A stretch of 32,000 nt of DNA, from NCBI GenBank assembly GCA_000025185.1, contig CP001848.1, positions 4,650,001 to 4,682,000 on the forward strand, in the 5' to 3' direction. A model generated the notes under the pieces. That model saw only the letters and a program-made list of their open reading frames with translations, was not told the DNA's origin and searched no databases. This DNA is from Pirellula staleyi DSM 6068 (GTDB taxonomy: Bacteria; Planctomycetota; Planctomycetia; Pirellulales; Pirellulaceae). Position numbers and translations under genes: made by a program. Below, piece by piece: positions 9,857 to 18,665 of this stretch (within the stretch, counting starts at the first letter, position 1; each line of letters begins with the position of its first letter).

Positions 9857-10258
9857 ATGCCCATCGTCAAGTTCGTGAAGGAAAAGAAAGAGATTGAAGT
9901 CCCCGACGGAGCCAACCTCCGCAACGAGGCCATCAAGGCTGGCATCAATCTCAACCAAGGGCTCAACGGCATCGGCGCTGGCATCAATAAGTATGCCAAC
10001 TGCAAGGGGATGGGCATGTGCGGCACTTGCCGCGTGCTGATCACCAAGGGGATGGAAAACACCAATAAACAGACCATTCAGGAGTGGGTGAAGTTCAAAA
10101 CGGTCATCCCAACTCCTGTACCCGATCCAATCCCCGTCCTTGCCTACGTGGGAAATGAAGAGACGATGCGACTCGGCTGTTGCACCACAGTGCATGGCGA
10201 CATCGAAGTCGAAACCGCCCCTGAACTGAGCCTGTTTGGCGAGAACTTCTTTAGCTAA
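9857..10258 (+). CDS. 2Fe-2S ferredoxin-like protein
   Basis: 133 aa with a beta-grasp-like N-terminus (VKFVKEKKEIEVPDGANL) and cysteine pattern NCKGMGMCGTCRV ... RLGCCTTV (C-x5-C-x2-C plus a distal CC). This resembles plant-type [2Fe-2S] ligands but with non-canonical spacing. Confidence 0.65.
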   Translation: MPIVKFVKEKKEIEVPDGANLRNEAIKAGINLNQGLNGIGAGINKYANCKGMGMCGTCRVLITKGMENTNKQTIQEWVKFKTVIPTPVPDPIPVLAYVGNEETMRLGCCTTVHGDIEVETAPELSLFGENFFS

Positions 10259-10314
10259 CGTCTCGCCCAAAACTTGGGGCTCAGCAAGCACACTTACTCG
10301 AAGGGCCATATCGC

Positions 10315-10647
10315 GTGAAACAGATCGTCGCGATCATCAAGCCCTACCTTGCTGAGCGAGTGGTGGAAGCGGTCCGCAAAGGGCCGATCGAAGCGGTCAC
10401 GGTACGCGAAGTGAAAGGGTATGGTCGTCAAAAAGACCAACTCGATCAGTACGACGAGACCGAATACTCGCTCGCATTTCTTCCCAAGGTAGAGATCAGC
10501 GTGTGGGTGGAAGACACGCGTGTCGAAGAGACGATTACACGCCTCTCTGAAGCAGCCCACACGGGTCGGATGGGGGATGGCAAAATCATGGTGCTCCCCG
10601 TCGCCCGCGCTGTGCAGATGATCGAAATCGGCAAGCCAGCAACTTAA
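10315..10647 (+). CDS. P-II family nitrogen-regulatory-like protein
   Basis: 110 aa that aligns without gaps to the GlnB layout as I recall it: MKxIxAIIKP, EVKGYGRQK (R38, Q39), T-loop YDETEY (Y51 kept), LPKV (K58) and TGRMGDGKI (G87, D88, G89, K90). GTG start. Confidence 0.85.
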   Translation: MKQIVAIIKPYLAERVVEAVRKGPIEAVTVREVKGYGRQKDQLDQYDETEYSLAFLPKVEISVWVEDTRVEETITRLSEAAHTGRMGDGKIMVLPVARAVQMIEIGKPAT

Positions 10648-10666
10648 GGCCGCTGAAAATCGTAGA

Positions 10667-10709
10667 CGGACATCGCTGTCCGAAGCATCTTGCTCGGTAT
10701 TTTTCCGAG
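10667..10709. terminator. Two small hairpins between the convergent P-II and glnE genes (possible bidirectional terminator region)
   Basis: CGGACA-TCGC-TGTCCG (10667-10682) and CTCGG-TATTTTT-CCGAG (10693-10709). On the minus strand the first hairpin is followed by UCUACGAUUUUC. The stems are short and the U-tracts imperfect. Confidence 0.35.
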
Positions 10710-10712
10710 GCG

Positions 10713-13700
10713 TTATGCAGGCGGAGCAGCAGTTTCGCTGGCGATGAAGAAATCGTCGAATCTGCGGCGATTCTCGGCCATTTTCGCGCGGCACTCTTGC
10801 TCGAGCGATTGCGGACTTAGGCCCAGCAGCAGCGCGAGTTTCTTAAGTTCAACGGCCTGCTGCGGCAAATCGTGGCGGGCACTCGTGAGGAGCAATCGCA
10901 GCCCCGATTCAACGCGCCGAAGAAACTCATACGAATGCCGTAGCGCCGCAGCATCGTCGTGACTCAAGTGACCACACGCGGCGAGGGCTGCAATCGCATC
11001 GAGCGTGCCAGGGCGTAAAACTTCCGGAGATCTGCTGGCAAACTTCAGCTGCAACATCTGCACGAGAAATTCGACATCGAGTGTGCCACCAATGCCGCGT
11101 TTCAGGTTCGCCTGCGACGCGCCAGCTTCCAAGCGCATGCGCGCGGCTCGAATCTGCTGAGCATCGTCGTCGGTCCAGCTGCGCTCGATTAGCAGTTGGT
11201 GAAGCGCCATCTCGGTGGCCTGCATTAAATCGGCATGACCGAGGATTGGCCGCGCTTTGCAAAGTGCTTGCCATTGCCACATCGCTGCTGCGCCACTGCG
11301 GAAATGGGCGACAAAATCCTGCATCGCAATCGCCACACCGCCACCAGGATGAATGGGGCGTAGCAACGCATCGACCGAGTAGAGCCTTCCTTGCGGGGTC
11401 GACTGCGAAAGCTCCTTAAGCACTTTCTGCGTCAACTGCGAGAAGAAGTGACTCGTGGTAGTCCGCTGCTCTTTGCGTCCTTTCGCCGGTCCGCGCGTTT
11501 GCCCCTCCGTTTCGTAGAGAAAGGCAACCTCGACATCGCTGTGATAGTTTGGCTCTCGTCCACCGAGTTTGCCAAGAGCGACGACGACATAGCGGCACGT
11601 TTCGCCATCGAACGGCCCCCCTTGAATGATCGGCTCGCCATACTTCTCGGCGAGTCGGTCGTACTCAATTTGCACAATCGTGCTGAGGCAAGTTTCGGCG
11701 ACATCAGCTAGTGATCGATGCGTGGCGTCGACATCGCTTTTGCCGAGAATATCGCGGACACCGATTCGCAAGTGCTGCGACGCTTTAAAGCCATGCAGCG
11801 CAGCGAGCGGACTTGCGCTACCACGCAGCAGGTCGGCGAGCATGGCGCGCATTTCGCTCGCGCGGGGCAAACGTGCCATCTGCAGCGAATCGACCAGTTC
11901 GTCGATCATGCCCGGATTGCTGGTCAAGATCGTCGAGAGATAGGGACTCGCGGCGCATAGTTTAACGTAGAGCCTCAGCGACGGTGGATTGAAGTTCAGC
12001 AGTTCCCAAAGGACTCCCTTGGCTCCAAGCGACTGACTCACGCGAGTGAGACTCGCGAGCGTGAAGTCGGGATCGGGAGTTGCCGCAATCTCGCGCAGCA
12101 GTCGCGACACAATCAGCGACAAAAAGTGACGACAGCGTCGCGTGGAAAGAAAAGTGCTCTGCTCGGTCGCAAGTTCTTGCAGCCCGCGATAAGCAGCGAG
12201 CGCATCGCGAAAACCGTAAGGCTGCAAAATAGCGCGGACCTGATCTTCAGCCGGTGTCGGATCGAGTAGCAGATCGACTTCTGGCGGAGGAACACTTTCG
12301 CCCGGGAAAGCTGCATCAAGAATCTTCGAGAGCACGCCCCACGAGCGTGTAAGCCAACTCTGATAGACCGGCACAAGATCGGCTGGCGACTTTGCTGCCG
12401 AAGCAAGTGCAGGAACCATGCGCGCAACGCGTCCAAGTTGCACCGCATCATCGGGAAGCGTGGTGGCGGGACTTTCGAGCAGCAACTGCAAACGGCAACG
12501 GAGCGTGCGGAGCTTGATGTAGCACTCGGTGAGCACCGCCTGCTCTTCACCAGTGATTGTTCCTGAGGCAGCAAGACCATGAATCGCGGCGAGCGTTCCC
12601 GGCTCGCGCACTTCAGGGTGATCGCCACCACTAAGCAGTTGCAGAAACTGCACCACCGATTCGATATCGCGAATGCCGCCGCGAGTTTGTGTCACTTCGC
12701 GGAAACTGCGTCCGCCGTGATCAGCCTGCTTTTGAATACGACGTTTCAGCGCCTTGATGCCAGTCTCATCAGCGCGGCTGAGATACCGGCGATAAGTCCA
12801 CCCCATCAAGCCACGCAGCAATTCGTCTCCGAGCGTATGATCGCCAGCCACCGTGCGGGCCTGCGTGAACGATTGCCGGTGCCAGGTTCGGCCCAGGCCA
12901 TCGAGCCAAGCAGCAGCCGACTCCACCGACATCGCAGCGACATGCGAACCGGCAATCGCTTGTGTTTGCAGCTGCACTTCGTAGAGGGGAACCCCATCGA
13001 TCGACTCGGTGAGTAGCCGCACGGCGTAGCGCGTGAGCTTGTCGAAAAACTCTTGTCCGGCGCGACGCGAAGCTTCGTCATCGGGCAATGGATCGTGAAT
13101 CACCCACAGTGGCAATCGTCCGACGTAGTCGAGCTGCTTACCGGCAATGGGGCCTAACGCAACAATCGCCAAACGGGCCCGGCGACCTTGCAAGTGGCGT
13201 GGCCAGGTGCGACTCTCTTCTAGACGCCGCGCGGCGGCATCGAAAGCCGACTCCAGGAGCACTTCGGCCAGGATGCTCAGCTGCTCGAGCGTTTGCTCGA
13301 GTGTCATGACGCCGAAGAGATCGCCGTAACTGATGCGAAGCCGTTCGCGCTGCCAAATGCGGCGGAAGACCGAAAGCAGATTCTTTTCGTCGACAAAATT
13401 TCGCGACTCGGCCAGCACATCGCCGAGCAAAGTTTCGCGCGTGACCGGCTTGCCTCCCGAGAGACGCAAGTAGTCGAGCAGATCAGTATCGCGTACCAGC
13501 AGCTCGCGCCACTGGCGGCACGTGGAGAGCGTTTGAATCAGCAGCGGCAAGAGCGCGCGATCTCGTTCAAACGACGCGCCGAGTGACAGCGGACTGCGGC
13601 AGGCGAGCATGTAGCGGCAGAGTGCATCGAGCGTTTGGTCGGGATCTTCGCACGTCTTCAGCAGCCGAGCGAGTTCGTCGGTGATGAGCGCCAGCAGGTC

Positions 13701-13877
13701 AAGCGTGAGACCACTTTCGGCCAATTCCAGGAGCGATTGGTGCCCCCGATGCAGGTCGCGGATCCCCCACGCTGCAAGGTGGTCGGCTGCCAGATGAGGC
13801 TCGTCGAGAAGTCTTACAAAAGTGCTCGTGTCCATATCCAGTCGCGCGTGTTCCGCTCGTACATTTTGTTCCGCCAA
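10713..13877 (-). CDS. glnE: Glutamine synthetase adenylyltransferase / adenylyl-removing enzyme (GlnE family)
   Basis: 1054 aa two-module architecture. The C-terminal module has a canonical NTase signature ALGKLGGREPNYHSDVEVAFLYE ... LYSVDALLRP. Both modules have the GlnE helical motif (GGIRDIESVVQFLQLL and GIGGTLDVEFLVQMLQL). The track start is TTG at 13877; an alternative ATG lies at 13835. Confidence 0.9.
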   Translation of the reverse strand: MAEQNVRAEHARLDMDTSTFVRLLDEPHLAADHLAAWGIRDLHRGHQSLLELAESGLTLDLLALITDELARLLKTCEDPDQTLDALCRYMLACRSPLSLGASFERDRALLPLLIQTLSTCRQWRELLVRDTDLLDYLRLSGGKPVTRETLLGDVLAESRNFVDEKNLLSVFRRIWQRERLRISYGDLFGVMTLEQTLEQLSILAEVLLESAFDAAARRLEESRTWPRHLQGRRARLAIVALGPIAGKQLDYVGRLPLWVIHDPLPDDEASRRAGQEFFDKLTRYAVRLLTESIDGVPLYEVQLQTQAIAGSHVAAMSVESAAAWLDGLGRTWHRQSFTQARTVAGDHTLGDELLRGLMGWTYRRYLSRADETGIKALKRRIQKQADHGGRSFREVTQTRGGIRDIESVVQFLQLLSGGDHPEVREPGTLAAIHGLAASGTITGEEQAVLTECYIKLRTLRCRLQLLLESPATTLPDDAVQLGRVARMVPALASAAKSPADLVPVYQSWLTRSWGVLSKILDAAFPGESVPPPEVDLLLDPTPAEDQVRAILQPYGFRDALAAYRGLQELATEQSTFLSTRRCRHFLSLIVSRLLREIAATPDPDFTLASLTRVSQSLGAKGVLWELLNFNPPSLRLYVKLCAASPYLSTILTSNPGMIDELVDSLQMARLPRASEMRAMLADLLRGSASPLAALHGFKASQHLRIGVRDILGKSDVDATHRSLADVAETCLSTIVQIEYDRLAEKYGEPIIQGGPFDGETCRYVVVALGKLGGREPNYHSDVEVAFLYETEGQTRGPAKGRKEQRTTTSHFFSQLTQKVLKELSQSTPQGRLYSVDALLRPIHPGGGVAIAMQDFVAHFRSGAAAMWQWQALCKARPILGHADLMQATEMALHQLLIERSWTDDDAQQIRAARMRLEAGASQANLKRGIGGTLDVEFLVQMLQLKFASRSPEVLRPGTLDAIAALAACGHLSHDDAAALRHSYEFLRRVESGLRLLLTSARHDLPQQAVELKKLALLLGLSPQSLEQECRAKMAENRRRFDDFFIASETAAPPA

Positions 13878-14043
13878 ACCGCAGCGGAAAGAAAGCCTGG
13901 GGGCTCTTCGCGACCGATACCGTGGAGAGAAGTGGCCGGGCGAGGCCTCTAGTCTAATCGAAGGATCACAGTTCTGGAAAACCGAATTCGAGGAACTTCA
14001 TCCGGATTCGAAGAGCCGAGCAAACTCGACTCCAGTGCGGGAG

Positions 14044-14080
14044 AGTGCGCATGAAAAAGGCCTGTTACGCTGGATGGCAA
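14044..14080 (-). terminator. Rho-independent terminator downstream of rpoD (sequence-symmetric, could act in both directions)
   Basis: Perfect inverted repeat AAAAGGCCTGTT-N12-AACAGGCCTTTT. On the minus strand the GGCCUGUU/AACAGGCC stem is followed by UUUUU. It lies about 115 nt after the rpoD stop (14196). Confidence 0.6.
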
Positions 14081-14195
14081 CAGGCCTTTTCGGAGCTCCG
14101 CCCCGCTCGATGATCGATCCAGAGTGCTGTGATGCTTGCGAATTCACAGCCCCAGTGCAGTAGTCAATCGCTGCCCTTATTCGAGGCGATGCCAA

Positions 14196-15770
14196 CTAAT
14201 CGAGGAAGCCGACCAATTCTTGGCTGCGGCTTGGCTGCTGCAGCTTTCGAACCGCCTTGGCTTCAATCTGACGAATACGTTCGCGAGTCACCTTGAAGAT
14301 GTGTCCTACTTCTTCCAGCGTGTAGCTATAGCCATCGCCGAGCCCGTAGCGAAGTTTGATGATCTCGCGTTCGCGGTAGCTCAAGGTCTTCAGAACCTTG
14401 TTGATCCGCGTACGGAGCATCTCTTGCGAGGCACCGGTGGCTGGGCTTTCCGCTGTCCCATCGGGGAGCAGATCGCCGAAGTGGCTATCTTCGCTGTTGC
14501 CCACCGGGCGATCGAGGCTGATCGGGTAGCGGCTCATGGCAAGCACGCGGCGAGCTTCGTCGACCGTGGTTTTGGCTTTGCGAGCAGTTTCTTCGAGCGT
14601 CGGTTCGCGGCCCAACTCTTGGAGGAGCTGACGCGACACGTTACGAACGCGCGACATCGTTTCCACCATGTGAACAGGGATACGAATCGTGCGGCTTTGG
14701 TCAGCCACAGCACGAGTGATCGCTTGGCGAATCCACCACGTGGCGTAGGTGCAGAACTTAAAGCCACGGCGATATTCGAACTTGTCGACGGCACGCATCA
14801 GACCGGCATTTCCTTCCTGGATAAGATCCAGGAACGAGAGACCGCGATTGCGATACTTCTTGGCGATCGAAACGACGAGACGAAGGTTACCTTCGGAGAG
14901 TTCGCGTTTGGCTTGCTGATAGTCGGTGTAGACACGCTTGAGCATGTCGACCCGCTTCTGCATGCTCGCGGGGGTTTCCTGCGTAGCAACCAGGATGCTG
15001 CGGAGTTCCGACAGCCACTGCTTGCGATCGGCAGGATTGCCCTTCTGAGCCTTGTGATTTTCGATTTGACGGCGGAGGAAAACAATCCGGTTGTTGAAAT
15101 CCTCGAGCGTCCGAATCATCTGCTCGATACGCTGCGTACGAAGCCCCAGTTCTTCGACCAATCGCACACTACGGCGGCGACGACGCGAAAGGCGAGTCCA
15201 AGCCAGTTTGCGTTTGGCCTTGGGCTGGCTCTTCGAGAGAGCGGTCAGGTAGTCGTGACGGTTCCGCTTGAGGAGCACATCGAGCGTACGCAAGTTGTGC
15301 GGCAAACGACCGAGGATCTGATCTTTTTCCAGGTGATCGGTCACCGAAACCTGCACGGTACGATCGAAGGGAAGTTCCCCTTCGTGGACCCGCTTCAGCA
15401 CCTTGAAGGCTTGCTGAATCACATAATCGCATTCGAGCAGTTTGGTGCGGAAACGTCGTCGGGTGACTTCGATTTTCTTGGCGAGATAGATTTCCTGGGC
15501 TCGGGTGAGAAGCGGAATCTCGCCCATTTGCGTCAGGTACATGCGAACGGGATCGTCGGACCACGACTCGCCATCTTCCCCAAGACCGAGCAGTTCTTCA
15601 TCGTCGAGCTTCGTCGGCACTTCAGCATCAGCTGCATTGTCGACAACCTCTAGATCAACGCCATCATCTTCGAGCTCGAGTTCGGCGACCGCTTGGGCGG
15701 CAAAGCCCTCGTCGTCCTCGGGAGCGCGTACGGCGTCGTCATCAAATTCTTCCAGCAGTGCGTCGTACAA
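14196..15770 (-). CDS. rpoD: Primary RNA polymerase sigma-70 factor RpoD/SigA
   Basis: Acidic region 1.1, region 1.2 ([21 protein letters not shown]), region 2 ([58 protein letters not shown]), region 3 and region 4.2 HTH ([28 protein letters not shown]). TTG start at 15770 is preceded by AGGAG (15783-15779) with an 8-nt spacer. Confidence 0.95.
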   Translation of the reverse strand: MYDALLEEFDDDAVRAPEDDEGFAAQAVAELELEDDGVDLEVVDNAADAEVPTKLDDEELLGLGEDGESWSDDPVRMYLTQMGEIPLLTRAQEIYLAKKIEVTRRRFRTKLLECDYVIQQAFKVLKRVHEGELPFDRTVQVSVTDHLEKDQILGRLPHNLRTLDVLLKRNRHDYLTALSKSQPKAKRKLAWTRLSRRRRRSVRLVEELGLRTQRIEQMIRTLEDFNNRIVFLRRQIENHKAQKGNPADRKQWLSELRSILVATQETPASMQKRVDMLKRVYTDYQQAKRELSEGNLRLVVSIAKKYRNRGLSFLDLIQEGNAGLMRAVDKFEYRRGFKFCTYATWWIRQAITRAVADQSRTIRIPVHMVETMSRVRNVSRQLLQELGREPTLEETARKAKTTVDEARRVLAMSRYPISLDRPVGNSEDSHFGDLLPDGTAESPATGASQEMLRTRINKVLKTLSYREREIIKLRYGLGDGYSYTLEEVGHIFKVTRERIRQIEAKAVRKLQQPSRSQELVGFLD

Positions 15771-17717
15771 GGGGAGTACTCCTACACCAATTCACGCAGG
15801 TGCGAACAAAAACGGAATGGGATAAAGGCGAGTGCTCGTCGCATCGAAAGCCAAAGGCCGCGTGAGAACTCTCACTTGCTAGCACTTTGCTTTCAACTTC
15901 TTCACTGGTCGAGGGGACGACCTGCGAGGAGCGAGCACCAAACGTCGTTCAACAAATCTTCATTTTCGTGGAGGGAATCTAACCACAGTCGGCCTGTGGA
16001 ATGTCAAAAATCCTGCCATTTTTCTGCACAGCCGATGAGTTGCCCGAACCAAGTTTGGATCAGGATCTTCAGCGTCAGAAATTCAAACTCTGTCTCAAGC
16101 CAGCAGAACGATCAACACGCGTTGTCACCGAGCGGTCGTGGTGGCACCGAGGTGAGACCACCGTGGTGGGAACTCAGTTCGGTTGCCGAGCAAGCTTGAG
16201 CATGTCAGCCCAACACTTACCGGACACCACTCCTCAGCCAGCAATTTTGCGAAAAAACCAACACCATAGTCTAACACCAGTAGTGGGAGTGTGTTGCCAC
16301 ACTTTCCAATTGGTAAGAAATTGCGCCAGCGGGGTAAGTAGGGGGTCCTTACGAACCGGAGCAGCTTCCTAATGCATGCAGCATACCTATCTTTCGCGAT
16401 GTTTTTGTGCCACATCGACAGCGACAAGTAACCGCTTCTGTTTCTATTTCACCCAGTCGAACTGTTTTCGCCACACTACCCAGAGCACACGATGCCATCA
16501 AGCTTCGCAGCTACTACAGGGTGACTCCAAAACAGGACAAGGTTCGTTCTTCACCACGCCACAATCGAAACCACTTTTCAGCGGGCCGATCGATTTTCAG
16601 GAGCCCAACCGCTTCACTTCATTATTCGCTAGCATCGACGCAAGTTCCATGCAGCTTACTAGCGATTTGGTTACAACATCATCTGGAATTTTCAAAACAT
16701 GCTTGACAAAGGCCGCCAGCGACGTTTGTCGATCAAGTCGCATGCCTCTCCAATCCCTACGGTGCCCGGTATCAGGTCGTTCAGCTAGCGAAAAAAGTTC
16801 TTGAGGGGCGATGATCGCTGGCTTAACTGCTGCGAACATCCACCCACCAATCCCAAAGCCTCACTACCTAAAATCCCAATTCCTTGCTCCCCTTGGTTCT
16901 GCACGACTCTATTCACTTCTCACTTCCGCCAGTCAACGACACGACAACTCCGCTCTTTTCGACGTGGCAACGAGACCACGCGAACAAGAGGCGACTATGT
17001 GTCACGAACCGTCCTTAGAGGAGTAGAGAACCGAGCGAAAAACGAAAAAAGCGAAGCAACAACCGGCGGAACTCGACTGAATCGAAATCACTCGCCAACC
17101 ATTCAAACGCTGTTATCTTCTCGCACGAACAACCATCAGGCAGTCGACCAAATAAGGGCAAACTCATCTCAACTAGCTTGTCATCAATCAAAAGCCTGCG
17201 GTCTAGTGGTGGGGCGTACCTGCCCTGCGGGGAAGTTGATCACTAGAGGAGCCTCAGCGGTCGGGCTAAGCACCCGGCCGATGCTTCGATTCGCAGAATT
17301 GCGAACGATTGATCGTGCCGTCGCCAGCCAAGCTCAAGCCACCAGTCATCAGTCGCCCAATCTCCTCGACCAGCGACCCAGTAAAGGGCGGCGTGCCGAC
17401 GAAAATCAGGCAGTCGATCCGCTTCAGCGATGCATCCGTAGGGTTATAGGGGGGATGGATTTACATCGGAGCCATCGATCGACATCTGAATTTTAACTAC
17501 CGCATCGTCAGGGTCCAGAGTTAAAACCGCGAGAATCGAAAAAGTCGGACAAAAGCGGTGTTTTTCGCTCAAGCCGACGTCGAACGTTACCAGCAACTCC
17601 TGCGGCGAGCCGCATCGCTTGCTGCCGGTTGTGACTCCACCGGTAGAGGATTAGCATAGGTCACGAGCCGAACTCGGCAACAAATTCGGGCAAAACAACC
17701 TTTCGAAATGGCGGAAT

Positions 17718-18512
17718 ATGACCGACGTGAACCTGAAAGGCCGCGTGGCTGTGGTGACCGGCGCAAGTCTCGGAATCGGACGTGCTGCGGCTCTGGAATT
17801 GGCACGCTGCGGAGCCAGTGTGGTGGTGAATTACCGAAGCCATCTGCACCAGGCCGAGGAAGTGATTGCGGAGGTCGAAAAACTAGGGTCGCGCGGGATT
17901 GTGTTCCAGGCCGATGTGGCCGACCAAGGGGCGGTGGAGGCAATGGTTCAAGCGGCGGTCGACAATTTCGGTCGACTCGATATCGCCGTCAGCAACGCTG
18001 CCTACAGTGATCGCGAGCGTTTTTTCGAGGCCGATATGGCCGGGTTTCACCGCACCGTCAACGTGACGATGTGGGGGGCGTTTTACCTGATGCGAGCCGC
18101 CACGCAGCAAATGATCCGCCAAGGTGAAGGAGGCGCGATCTGCCTCGTAAGTTCGCCCCACGCCTTTATTCCGGCCCCAAAGGCGATGGCCTACAACATG
18201 TCGAAGGCTGCGATCGAACATGCTGCCCGCACAGCCGCCATTGAAGTGGCGGAATACAAGATTCGGATCAATCTGATTCAGCCGGGGTGGACCGATACCC
18301 CAGGGGAGCGGAAATTTGCCAGTGAAGAGACGCTGCAATCGGCGGGGGCCAAAATTCCGCTCGGTCGGCTCGGCAATCCAGAGGAAATGGGTCGCGCGAT
18401 TGCCTTCCTGTGCGATCCTCGCAACGACTATCTCACCGGGGCGGCGCTGCTGGTCGATGGGGGCATCAGCTTGCCTTGGTGGGCGAACCGTGGATCAGCT
18501 GCACCTGCTTAA
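17718..18512 (+). CDS. SDR-family oxidoreductase (FabG-like)
   Basis: TGxxxGIG cofactor motif (VVTGASLGIGRAAA), NAA motif (SNAAYS), catalytic YxxxK (YNMSKAA) and a PG motif (IQPGWTDTPG). Confidence 0.85.
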   Translation: MTDVNLKGRVAVVTGASLGIGRAAALELARCGASVVVNYRSHLHQAEEVIAEVEKLGSRGIVFQADVADQGAVEAMVQAAVDNFGRLDIAVSNAAYSDRERFFEADMAGFHRTVNVTMWGAFYLMRAATQQMIRQGEGGAICLVSSPHAFIPAPKAMAYNMSKAAIEHAARTAAIEVAEYKIRINLIQPGWTDTPGERKFASEETLQSAGAKIPLGRLGNPEEMGRAIAFLCDPRNDYLTGAALLVDGGISLPWWANRGSAAPA

Positions 18513-18665
18513 CTAGGCTAAGAGGTATCCCATCGAGGGACTGATCGCTGGGATTTCCTCCACTGCGAACCAACGAGCTAGCTGGCACGTATCGGCAAGC
18601 AACAAAATAGACGACTCCGCTGCTGGTTTCACTCCTCACGTCCGTTTAGATCCTTCTCCACCGAT

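Noticed and set aside
14136-15653. 505-aa ORF antisense to rpoD
   Set aside because: The sense strand encodes all sigma-70 regions with a good SD and TTG start. The antisense product is motif-free, so it is a shadow ORF.
16597-16839. 80-aa minus-strand ORF whose C-terminal part (MRLDRQTSLAAFVKHVLKIPDDVVTKSLVSCMELASMLANNEVKRLGS) looks mildly protein-like, plus a 50-aa minus-strand ORF at 17015-17167 (MSLPLFGRLPDGCSCEKITAFEWLASDFDSVEFRRLLL...)
   Set aside because: There is no recognisable family, SD or start support, and the codon usage is AT3-rich, unlike neighbouring genes. They may be remnants. They are not called as genes, but real small proteins cannot be excluded without expression or conservation data.
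17194-17290. tRNA-like D-loop string GGTCTAGTGGT and nearby GC-rich repeats (CCTGCGG twice)
   Set aside because: I could not build an acceptor stem, anticodon arm or T-arm (no GTTCGAATC-like T-loop with a flanking 5-bp stem), so this is not a tRNA or tmRNA.
15693-17496. Track ORFs inside the rpoD-SDR spacer (15693-16199+, 16001-16372+, 16125-16427-, 16376-16804+, 16407-16706+, 16801-17496+, 16811-17026+)
   Set aside because: The translations are dominated by S/T/R/C/Q/H with no motifs or hydrophobic periodicity, and they overlap one another in different frames. I treat them as chance ORFs in a non-coding or decayed region.
18527-18559. Possible terminator after the first SDR gene (ATCCCA-N16-TGGGAT followed by TTCCTCC)
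   Set aside because: The stem is only 6 bp and AT-containing, the loop is large (16 nt) and the U-tract is poor. This is too weak to call.
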